DNA of 26,366 bases from a virus (Duplodnaviria > Caudoviricetes): positions 1 through 26,366 of IMG/VR virus record IMGVR_UViG_3300049049_000085. One strand, 5' to 3'. Position 1 is the stretch's first letter; each line of letters begins with the position of its first letter. Below are positions 7,885-14,708 of this stretch, piece after piece. Under the pieces are notes generated by a model that made no database searches, was not told the origin of the DNA, and saw only the letters and a program-made list of their open reading frames with translations. The translations under genes and the position numbers were made by a program.

Positions 7885-8276
7885 TGCCCGCCCTCATCCC
7901 CACCGCGCACCGCCTGCTCACTGCCGGCCAGGTGCGAGCTGATCGGCTCATCCGCAGCATCGAGGTCACTCACCTCGGCCGCCACCTCGCGGAAGAAGTC
8001 GGCGCTCTCCGCGCCACGGTGCGCAACCTCTGCGCTGAAGTCGCGGCATTCGAGAACGACGACGGCACGATTCCGGTCGAGCTCGACGGCCGCCCCTACG
8101 GCGTGATGCTCACCCCTGACGGTGACTTCGATTACGCGCAGATCGCCGGCATTGACGTGTCCGACCTGCTCGACAGCAAGACGCAGTGCAAGCTGGAAAA
8201 CATGGCGCGTGATGCGCGGCGCGAGCAGTGGGCGGAAGACGCCATTGAGGCGCGGGCTGAACTGAGGGCGGCGTGA
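7884..8276 (+). CDS. Hypothetical protein
   Basis: TAATG coupling. Confidence 0.7.
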   Translation: MPALIPTAHRLLTAGQVRADRLIRSIEVTHLGRHLAEEVGALRATVRNLCAEVAAFENDDGTIPVELDGRPYGVMLTPDGDFDYAQIAGIDVSDLLDSKTQCKLENMARDARREQWAEDAIEARAELRAA

Positions 8277-8506
8277 GCGCACTTCTCGCCAAGCATCGCG
8301 TGCCGATCAAGACGCGCAAAGGCAGCGGCGCCCCGCGCTTCTGCTGGGTCTGCGGCAATCAGTTGCAGCGTGCGCCCGGCAAAGGTCTCGGGCTCTTCTT
8401 CTTCAACTTGGTGACGGATCGCGGCGGCGTTGGGCATCGCGTCCACGGCGACTGCACGCAGGAAGCGATCAACGACGGGTGCGCGGTCGTGCCCGAGGAG
8501 AACTGA
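8273..8506 (+). CDS. Small zinc-binding hypothetical protein
   Basis: CWVC...HGDC; GTGA coupling. Confidence 0.65.
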   Translation: MSALLAKHRVPIKTRKGSGAPRFCWVCGNQLQRAPGKGLGLFFFNLVTDRGGVGHRVHGDCTQEAINDGCAVVPEEN

Positions 8507-8507
8507 C

Positions 8508-8750
8508 GTGTCCTTACTTCTCGACAAGCTCCTGACCCGCGAACAGCTCGCGCAGTGCCGGCAGTTCGATTCTGCCCAATGGCCGCCGCGCCGCGTCGAG
8601 TGCGCCGAGGAAGGCCACGTGACGCACGTCCCCTACAGCATCGGGCGCATCCAGGCCGAGAGCAGCAGCGATCCGTGGCTGTGGCGCCTGATCCCTGCGG
8701 CAATTGCTGCCGGCGCGATCTTGACGGCTTGGTTCGAGGTGGCTGCGTGA
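8508..8750 (+). CDS. Hypothetical protein with C-terminal hydrophobic helix
   Basis: GAGGAG RBS then GTG at 8508. Confidence 0.55.
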   Translation: MSLLLDKLLTREQLAQCRQFDSAQWPPRRVECAEEGHVTHVPYSIGRIQAESSSDPWLWRLIPAAIAAGAILTAWFEVAA

Positions 8751-8869
8751 TCACCAGCCCCTTCGCCGCTCTCATGCACAACCGCCGCGGGCAAGCGCTC
8801 TACGGGCCGTATCAGGCTCACGGGCTCCGGGCTCGGCTGTCGCGGCTGATCCGTCGCATTTTCAACTGA
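8747..8869 (+). CDS. Small hypothetical protein
   Basis: GAGG RBS, GTGA overlap. Confidence 0.45.
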   Translation: MITSPFAALMHNRRGQALYGPYQAHGLRARLSRLIRRIFN

Positions 8870-8876
8870 GGAAGAC

Positions 8877-9143
8877 ATGGCATACGAGCAACGCGAGCTT
8901 TCCGGCTCACTGTTCAAGAACGACAAGCGCGAGAAGGACACGCACCCGAATGCGCGCGGTTCGTGCCTGATCGATGGCGTCGAGTATTGGATCGACGCCT
9001 GGACGAAGGAGGGGCAGAAGGGCAAGTGGCAGTCCCTGTCGTTCAAGCGCAAGGATGCCCGTCAAGAGGAGGCGCCCAAGGACACGCGTTCTCACGCCGA
9101 ACGCAAGCGCCCGCAGGAGGTGGACGATGACATCCCGTTCTGA
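8877..9143 (+). CDS. DUF736-like / SSB-like protein
   Basis: SGSLFKNDK...HP...YWIDAW core, acidic SSB-type tail DDDIPF, upstream of the ERF gene. Confidence 0.7.
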   Translation: MAYEQRELSGSLFKNDKREKDTHPNARGSCLIDGVEYWIDAWTKEGQKGKWQSLSFKRKDARQEEAPKDTRSHAERKRPQEVDDDIPF

Positions 9144-9324
9144 GCCCCGCGACGAACTGGACATGCAGCGCGAGCAGATCGCCGCCGCGCTGCCGCCGAA
9201 GCTTCGCGACTCCTTCGACCGCTGGCTGGACGACTGGACCGCGACGCACATCCAGATCGCGCGGCACCAGGACTTTCTTCGGTCCTTCCCGCCGCCGCCG
9301 AACGATCGACCCATCCCCTTCTGA
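9127..9324 (+). CDS. Small hypothetical protein
   Basis: AGGAGG RBS; also ends in IPF. Confidence 0.55.
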   Translation: MTSRSEPRDELDMQREQIAAALPPKLRDSFDRWLDDWTATHIQIARHQDFLRSFPPPPNDRPIPF

Positions 9325-9331
9325 GGTGATC

Positions 9332-9997
9332 ATGAACGTCTACCAGAAGCTGAACGACGCACGCGCTGAGTTCCACAGCCTGAAGCTTGAGAAGACCGGG
9401 CACAACAAGTTCGCTGGGTACAAGTACTTCGAGCTGGCGGACTTCCTCATCCCGGCCCTGGCGGTCTTCAGGAAGCACGGGCTGTGCGGGACCGTCTCCT
9501 TCGAAGAGAAGGAGGCAATGATGTGCATCCGGAACGTCGAGAAGCCGGACGAGTTCATCGTGATCTCGTCCCCCATGGGCTCCGCTGCGCTGAAGGGGTG
9601 CCACGAGGTGCAGAACGTCGGGGCGGTGGAGACGTACCAGCGGCGGTATCTGTGGGTGGCGGCCCTCGAAATCGTGGAGCACGACGCGCTCGATTCGTCG
9701 GAGCCGCTGAAGGACCAGCCCGAGAAGGACATGCGCGCCAACCCGTCCAAGCTGGTTGCCGAGTCGGTGGCTGACAGCATCAGCGCCGAGCGGAAGGACG
9801 ACCTGACCGAAGACGCGCTGAAGATCGTCACCGCGTTCAAGGCTCTTCGGACCGACACCGTGATGCAGGTCTATGACTCCATCACGGACAACGACGAGAA
9901 GGCGTTCCTGTGGCACCTCTTGGCTAAGGATTCGAAGGCGCGGGCCTTTATCAAGGCCCAGGCTGAAGAGCGCCGGAAGCAGGCTGTCGCAGCGTGA
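9332..9997 (+). CDS. ERF-family single-strand annealing protein
   Basis: KTGHNKFAGYKYFELADF and QNVGAVETYQRRYL motifs. Confidence 0.88.
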   Translation: MNVYQKLNDARAEFHSLKLEKTGHNKFAGYKYFELADFLIPALAVFRKHGLCGTVSFEEKEAMMCIRNVEKPDEFIVISSPMGSAALKGCHEVQNVGAVETYQRRYLWVAALEIVEHDALDSSEPLKDQPEKDMRANPSKLVAESVADSISAERKDDLTEDALKIVTAFKALRTDTVMQVYDSITDNDEKAFLWHLLAKDSKARAFIKAQAEERRKQAVAA

Positions 9998-10314
9998 GAT
10001 TCCAGAAGCCTACCCGCTTCAAAAGCGAGTCCTATCGCCGCTGGGTGGCGGGTCACGCCTGCTTCGGATGTGGCATTGAGGGCTTCTCGCAGGCCGCGCA
10101 TCGCAACGGAGCAGGGATGGGCACGAAGCATTCGGACCTGGAGACCTTCCCGCTGTGCGCCACCAGGCCGGGGCACATGGGGTGCCACATGCAGCATGAC
10201 CTGTGCATCGACATGACGCGGGCTGTCCGCCGGGAGTTGGAAGACCGGTACGTCGAGCGCATGCAGCAGATGGCGCGCGAGGCGGGGCGAGTTGAACTGA
10301 AGGAAGCGGCATGA
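9994..10314 (+). CDS. DUF968/HNH-like zinc-binding putative nuclease
   Basis: YRRWV...CFGC...AAH...PLC...CH..HD pattern. Confidence 0.7.
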   Translation: MRFQKPTRFKSESYRRWVAGHACFGCGIEGFSQAAHRNGAGMGTKHSDLETFPLCATRPGHMGCHMQHDLCIDMTRAVRRELEDRYVERMQQMAREAGRVELKEAA

Positions 10315-10733
10315 GCACGCACAGCACCGTTCTTTTCAACGCCACCCAAGGGCACCAGACGCTCGCATCCCTGTGGGCGTGGGCGAAGCCCAAATTGATG
10401 CAGGGGCAGCGCCTGGAACTGTCCATCAAGGAGGCCAAGCGCTCGACTGAGCAAAACCGGCTCATGTGGGCGCGGCTTGGTGAACTGTCCAGACAAGTCG
10501 TCTGGCATGGGCAGAAGCTGGCCCCGGAGGACTGGAAATGCATGCTGAGCGCTAGCCTCAAGAAGCAGCGCGTCGTTCCTGCAATCGAGGGCGGCGGCTT
10601 CGTCGTTCTCGGCGACAGCACGTCGCGGATGTCGGTCGCAGAGATGAACGACCTGCTGTCGCTCATTGAAGCGTTCGGTGCGCAGCAGGGCGTGAAGTTC
10701 GCCGACCTGGCCGCCGCGGGCGTCTCTGACTGA
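10311..10733 (+). CDS. ninB: NinB/Orf-family recombination protein
   Basis: KRSTEQNRLMWA...EDWK...STSRMSVAEMNDL...FGAQQGVKF. Confidence 0.9.
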   Translation: MSTHSTVLFNATQGHQTLASLWAWAKPKLMQGQRLELSIKEAKRSTEQNRLMWARLGELSRQVVWHGQKLAPEDWKCMLSASLKKQRVVPAIEGGGFVVLGDSTSRMSVAEMNDLLSLIEAFGAQQGVKFADLAAAGVSD

Positions 10734-10776
10734 GCAGTCCGCGGTGTATCGAGACTGACCAATTGAGGAGATCCCA

Positions 10777-11493
10777 TTGACCACCGAGACCACATCGATC
10801 CCGGAGTGCGGGGCGATGACTGAGGTTATCGGCTGCTGCACACTGCGCCTGGCCGACTATCGGTCGGTGCTGCCCACACTGCGCGGAATCACTGCGATCG
10901 TTGCGGACCCGCCTTACGGCAACGACTACCGCCAGAAGCGCAGTCGTGACAAGCTGGTCCGCCCGGATTCCGAGCACGCGCCGATCATCGGGAACGCGAA
11001 GCCATTCGACCCCGAGCCGATCTTGGGTGCCGCGCCCGCCGTCATTCTGTGGGGCGCGAACTACTACGCGGACAAGTTGCCGGCGAACGGCAAATGGCTG
11101 GTGTGGGACAAGCGCGAGGGAACCACGCCGGACGATGGGGCTGACGTGGAACTGGCCTGGACGAACCTTCGCGGAGTACCCCGCATGCACCGACAACTGT
11201 GGCGCGGCATCTGCAGGCGAGGCGAGGAGAACGTCAGTCGCGGCGCCAAGAAGTTGCACCCGAACCAGAAGCCGGTTGCACTGATGGATTGGTGCCTGGA
11301 TCAGATTGGCGCCGGCCCGGCTTCGTTCGTCGTTGACACGCACATGGGCAGCGGAACGACGGCCTTAGCTTGCTTGCGGCGCGGCATTCCGTTCGTTGGG
11401 ATCGAAATCGACCCAACGCACTTTGAGACGGCGGTCAAGCGCTTGCGGGAAGCCGCCGCCATCAGCCGCGCTACAGGAGCCACACATGACTGA
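10777..11493 (+). CDS. N4-C/N6-A DNA methyltransferase (beta-type motif order)
   Basis: DPPY, HPNQKP and DTHMGSGTT motifs; GAGGAG RBS before the TTG start. Confidence 0.92.
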   Translation: MTTETTSIPECGAMTEVIGCCTLRLADYRSVLPTLRGITAIVADPPYGNDYRQKRSRDKLVRPDSEHAPIIGNAKPFDPEPILGAAPAVILWGANYYADKLPANGKWLVWDKREGTTPDDGADVELAWTNLRGVPRMHRQLWRGICRRGEENVSRGAKKLHPNQKPVALMDWCLDQIGAGPASFVVDTHMGSGTTALACLRRGIPFVGIEIDPTHFETAVKRLREAAAISRATGATHD

Positions 11494-12223
11494 CCCCAAG
11501 CACGTCGTCGGTCTTTCGGGCGGGAAGGATTCCACCGCCCTAGCCTTGTGGCTGGTCGAGAACGAGCCGCGCGAGTACGAGTTCATCTGCAACGAGACCG
11601 GCAACGAGCTTCCCGATATGGTCGAGCACTGGAACCGCCTGGAGCGAATCCTCGGGGCGCCGCTGAAGCGCGTCCGGCACTCCACCGACCTGATGGGCTT
11701 GATCGAAGAGCAGCAGATGCTCCCGAACTTCCAAGCCAGATGGTGCACCCGCATCTTGAAGATCGAGCCGACCATCGAGTACATGGAGGGGCTGCCAGAA
11801 GGTTCCACGTTGTACGTCGGGTTGCGGGCTGACGAAGAAGAGCGGCGCGGGCTGTACGGCGAAGACCTGACCATCCGCTTTCCTCTCCGTGAGCAAGGCT
11901 GGACCGAAGGCGACGTGTGGCGCTACCTCGCAAAGATGGGCGTCACGATCCCGGCGCGCACTGACTGCGCCGTGTGCTACCACCAACGCATCGGCGAGTG
12001 GAAGTCGCTGTGGCAGAACCACCCCGAGCGCTTCGCTGAAGGCGTCCGGGTGGAGGCTGCTACCGGGCACACCTTCAGATCGCCAGACCCCAAAGGGAAC
12101 CCCGAGCGCTCCGGCCGCGATTCTTGGCCGGCGTCGCTGGAGTTGCTTGGCAAGGCGTTCGCAAGCGGCCGGCCCATCAGGAAGTCCAAGCGCACGGAAT
12201 CGTGCCGAGTGTGCAGCCTGTGA
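11486..12223 (+). CDS. PAPS-reductase/DndC-like PP-loop protein
   Basis: SGGKDS, ETGNE, RWCTRILK, VGLRADE, FPL, CAVC and terminal CRVC; start MTDPKHVV. Confidence 0.88.
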   Translation: MTDPKHVVGLSGGKDSTALALWLVENEPREYEFICNETGNELPDMVEHWNRLERILGAPLKRVRHSTDLMGLIEEQQMLPNFQARWCTRILKIEPTIEYMEGLPEGSTLYVGLRADEEERRGLYGEDLTIRFPLREQGWTEGDVWRYLAKMGVTIPARTDCAVCYHQRIGEWKSLWQNHPERFAEGVRVEAATGHTFRSPDPKGNPERSGRDSWPASLELLGKAFASGRPIRKSKRTESCRVCSL

Positions 12224-12348
12224 GCGATGGTGACCTGTCGGCACTTTTCACCCTGCTGGCGGTTTCGGCCGGCGGGCTCATTGCGGGAATGATTCTCTGG
12301 CTCTTCCTGCGAGAGCCGAAGTCCAAGAAAGGCGGACCCCATGACTGA
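12220..12348 (+). CDS. Small membrane protein
   Basis: GTGA overlap; single hydrophobic helix followed by a basic tail. Confidence 0.55.
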   Translation: MSDGDLSALFTLLAVSAGGLIAGMILWLFLREPKSKKGGPHD

Positions 12349-13579
12349 CCCCACCGCAGCCCTCGTAGTAGCCCGAGATGCGCTGGCCGAGATCAGTTTC
12401 TTGCGGGCTGACCTGAATGACTTTCTGCTGCACGTTGTTGATCGGTGCAAGGGCGATCCTGGCTGGGATGCCGTGCAACTCAACGCTGAGGCCTTGATCA
12501 AGCGCATAGGGTTCATTGATGCAGCCATCTCCACCATCGAAGCAGCGATTGCCCAACAGCCAAAGGACTCGGGCGTGCCGGCTGCGCCGTCGCGCTCTCT
12601 GGTCGCAGGGCTCCCGACGATCGCTCACGCGACGTGCCCAGTGCTGAGCGCATGGCGGCCGATCGAGACTGCCCCGAAGGACGGGACTCTGTTCCTTTGC
12701 TGGGTTTCAGCCGTTCAGTATGGCGAGAGCGACGAGGGTCAGCAGTACCAAATCGATGTTTCGCAGGCCGACTTCTGCCAATGGCAAGCATTTGAAGAGG
12801 CCCCCGACGGCGGCTGGTTTGAGCCGTGCTGCGGACACATCTCGGACCAACAAGCAGTCACCCACTGGATGCCCCTCCCGCCAGCGCCCACCGCACCGCC
12901 AGCAGTGCCGGAGCAAGAGCAGGAAATCCGATCAGCGTTCGCCGCATACGACACGGCCGGCAAGGGACCGCCCGGTTCATTCGTCCCCGCGCGAATCGCG
13001 CTTCTGGACGTGCTCGGGCGCATCGACAGCATCCGCGGCCTCCTGAGCACGATCGATGTGCTGCGGTCAGCAGTGCCGGAGCAGGATGCAATCGATGCGG
13101 AGCGGCCTGAAGACTTGGGCGATGCCTCCGGCCCGGGCTCTGTGGTCGCTTCGCTCCCGTCGATCCCTATCGCAGCACACAACGTTCATCACGCCGAAGC
13201 CGCGCCGGCTCACTGCCGCGGCAACCGAAAGGAAACCATGTCCCCCGAACAAGTCGCCCGAGTGGCCCACGAAGTGAACCGCGCCTACTGCCAAGCGCTC
13301 GGCGACGACAGCCAGCCGGCCTGGGAAGATGCGCCGCAGTGGCAACGCGACAGCGCGATGCTCGGCGTGAAGCTCCACACCGAGAACCCCGATGCAGGCC
13401 CGCAGGCCAGCCACGAAAGCTGGATGGCGCAGAAGGTCGCCGAGGGCTGGGTTTACGGCCCCGAGAAGCGCCCGGATCTGAAGCAGCACCACTGCATCGT
13501 GCCGTTCGATCAACTGCCGCGCGAGCAACAGGCGAAGGACTACCTCTTCCGCGGCGTGGTGCACGCGCTGCTGGGGTAA
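12341..13579 (+). CDS. Mosaic protein with a DUF551-like module and an in-frame RyR domain
   Basis: WRPIETAPKDGT...VTHWMPLPPAP module; reading frame stays open into the RyR-domain gene. Confidence 0.7.
   Translation: MTDPTAALVVARDALAEISFLRADLNDFLLHVVDRCKGDPGWDAVQLNAEALIKRIGFIDAAISTIEAAIAQQPKDSGVPAAPSRSLVAGLPTIAHATCPVLSAWRPIETAPKDGTLFLCWVSAVQYGESDEGQQYQIDVSQADFCQWQAFEEAPDGGWFEPCCGHISDQQAVTHWMPLPPAPTAPPAVPEQEQEIRSAFAAYDTAGKGPPGSFVPARIALLDVLGRIDSIRGLLSTIDVLRSAVPEQDAIDAERPEDLGDASGPGSVVASLPSIPIAAHNVHHAEAAPAHCRGNRKETMSPEQVARVAHEVNRAYCQALGDDSQPAWEDAPQWQRDSAMLGVKLHTENPDAGPQASHESWMAQKVAEGWVYGPEKRPDLKQHHCIVPFDQLPREQQAKDYLFRGVVHALLG
12569..12630 (-). repeat. Structured element copy A
   Basis: GCGTG-A-GCG-ATCG...GAG-CGC-G-hairpin-CACGC-CCGA on the minus strand. 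Confidence 0.75.
13115..13173 (-). repeat. Structured element copy B
   Basis: GCGAT-A-GGG-ATCG...GAG-CCC-G-hairpin-ATCGC-CCAA on the minus strand. Confidence 0.8.
13238..13579 (+). CDS. Stand-alone RyR-domain protein (113 aa)
   Basis: Own RBS GAAAGGAAACC-ATG; SHESWMAQKVAEGWVYGPEK...HHCIVPFDQLP..QQAKD matches the RyR repeat pattern. Confidence 0.85.
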   Translation: MSPEQVARVAHEVNRAYCQALGDDSQPAWEDAPQWQRDSAMLGVKLHTENPDAGPQASHESWMAQKVAEGWVYGPEKRPDLKQHHCIVPFDQLPREQQAKDYLFRGVVHALLG

Positions 13580-13584
13580 CTCGA

Positions 13585-13803
13585 ATGCAATCCCTCTACG
13601 GCTGCGAAGACTGCCCCAACGCCGCTCGGTGCGTCGAGCGCTGCGCGAGGGATCGGAGTGCGGAGCACCAAGACGCGCAGCGGCTTGGCCCGGAGGGCGC
13701 AGAGCCCGGTCGGCTTGCCGACGCGCCCAACACCGAGAAAAACCGCGCAGCCATTGACTCAGCCCGTCAGGCAACTACTTCGGCTCCTTCGCGCGATCTA
13801 TGA
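13585..13803 (+). CDS. Hypothetical protein spanning element C
   Basis: MQSLYGCEDC...; much of it is translation of the structured element, so it may be spurious. Confidence 0.35.
   Translation: MQSLYGCEDCPNAARCVERCARDRSAEHQDAQRLGPEGAEPGRLADAPNTEKNRAAIDSARQATTSAPSRDL
13643..13730 (+). repeat. Structured element copy C
   Basis: GCGCG-A-GGG-ATCGGAG...GAG-CCC-GG-hairpin-CGCGC-CCAA. Confidence 0.85.
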
Positions 13804-13948
13804 GTTTGCGCACCCAAGGCCCGCCGCCGTTGCGCTCGACCTTCGCGCGCTGCGACTCGGACATGCGGATGTTCATCGTCACGGTGGCCTCGCCTTCAAG
13901 GACTGGCGGACGACCGGGGCCGCGCTTCGGTGGTGGCTTGGGTTTCAT
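13775..13948 (-). CDS. Small AT-hook/ribbon-helix-helix-like regulator
   Basis: KRGPGRPP then VTMNIRMSESQRAKV...WVRKLID; antisense to the operon, with its own promoter. Confidence 0.7.
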   Translation of the reverse strand: MKPKPPPKRGPGRPPVLEGEATVTMNIRMSESQRAKVERNGGGPWVRKLIDRAKEPK

Positions 13949-14013
13949 GGCGACATGATAACGCGCCACAAAAAGGACTTGCAAGGCTGGATTTCGTGCC
14001 ACATAATCAGGCC
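13949..14013. promoter_or_regulatory. Bidirectional promoter sharing a palindromic -35
   Basis: TTGCAA 13979-13984; plus-strand -10 CATAAT 14002-14007 (17 bp); minus-strand -10 TATCAT 13960-13955 (18 bp); GYGCCACA repeats at 13963 and 13996. Confidence 0.7.
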
Positions 14014-14322
14014 ATGACGAACGCAACCTACAAGTGCCCAAAGTGCAACGGCTCGGGCTACCTGTCGCAGTACGCGGGGATTGCCAACGGCGTCTGCTTC
14101 TCCTGCGAAGGCAACGGCTTCAAGATTGGCGTTGCGCCGGTCCCCGGCCGCCTCTGGGAGGTGTACGGCACGGTGCGCGATACGGGCGCTCGTGAAGTCG
14201 CTTACGCCGTCAAGGCCAAGACCGCTGCGGATGCAATCAAGAAGGCGCTGAAGATGTTCACCGAACGCGCCTCTGACGCATACCGCGCGAAGTTCGACCT
14301 GACCAATGCGGAGGCGGTATGA
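14014..14322 (+). CDS. DnaJ-type zinc-finger protein
   Basis: CPKCNGSG...CFSCEGNG; probably leaderless. Confidence 0.75.
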   Translation: MTNATYKCPKCNGSGYLSQYAGIANGVCFSCEGNGFKIGVAPVPGRLWEVYGTVRDTGAREVAYAVKAKTAADAIKKALKMFTERASDAYRAKFDLTNAEAV

Positions 14323-14708
14323 CGATGGAACTTGACGCCTTGCACGCAGGGGAACCGATGCGCAACAGTCTGGACCCGTGCAACACCTGCGCGGACTGGC
14401 TTGCCCTCAAGGCAGACAACGACAGGCTCCGCGCCGCCTTGCAAGAGGCTGTCCACGCGATCAACGCGTATTGGAACCCGTACAGCCGCCTGACCAAGAG
14501 GCAGGCGGCCGCGCTCGCCACGATGGAGCAAGCATTGCGCGCAGGAGTTGTCTACGCCTGCGCCAACGCCTTTAGCGGCACCGGCAGATGCGGGCACTGG
14601 TGCGGCGACATGAGAGCCTGCATGCCCCACCCGAAGCCAGAGCACGCGCACAGCAGCGGCGTGCGGTCCCCGACCCACGCAAGCACAAACGCAGGAGATC
14701 CGCAGTGA
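14319..14708 (+). CDS. Hypothetical mosaic protein
   Basis: GGAGG RBS, ATGA overlap. Confidence 0.65.
   Translation: MTMELDALHAGEPMRNSLDPCNTCADWLALKADNDRLRAALQEAVHAINAYWNPYSRLTKRQAAALATMEQALRAGVVYACANAFSGTGRCGHWCGDMRACMPHPKPEHAHSSGVRSPTHASTNAGDPQ

Noticed and set aside
11486-12223. Sulfur-assimilation auxiliary gene (cysH) or a full Dnd system
   Set aside because: No other cys or dnd genes are present; the context next to a methyltransferase favours a nucleic-acid-related role.
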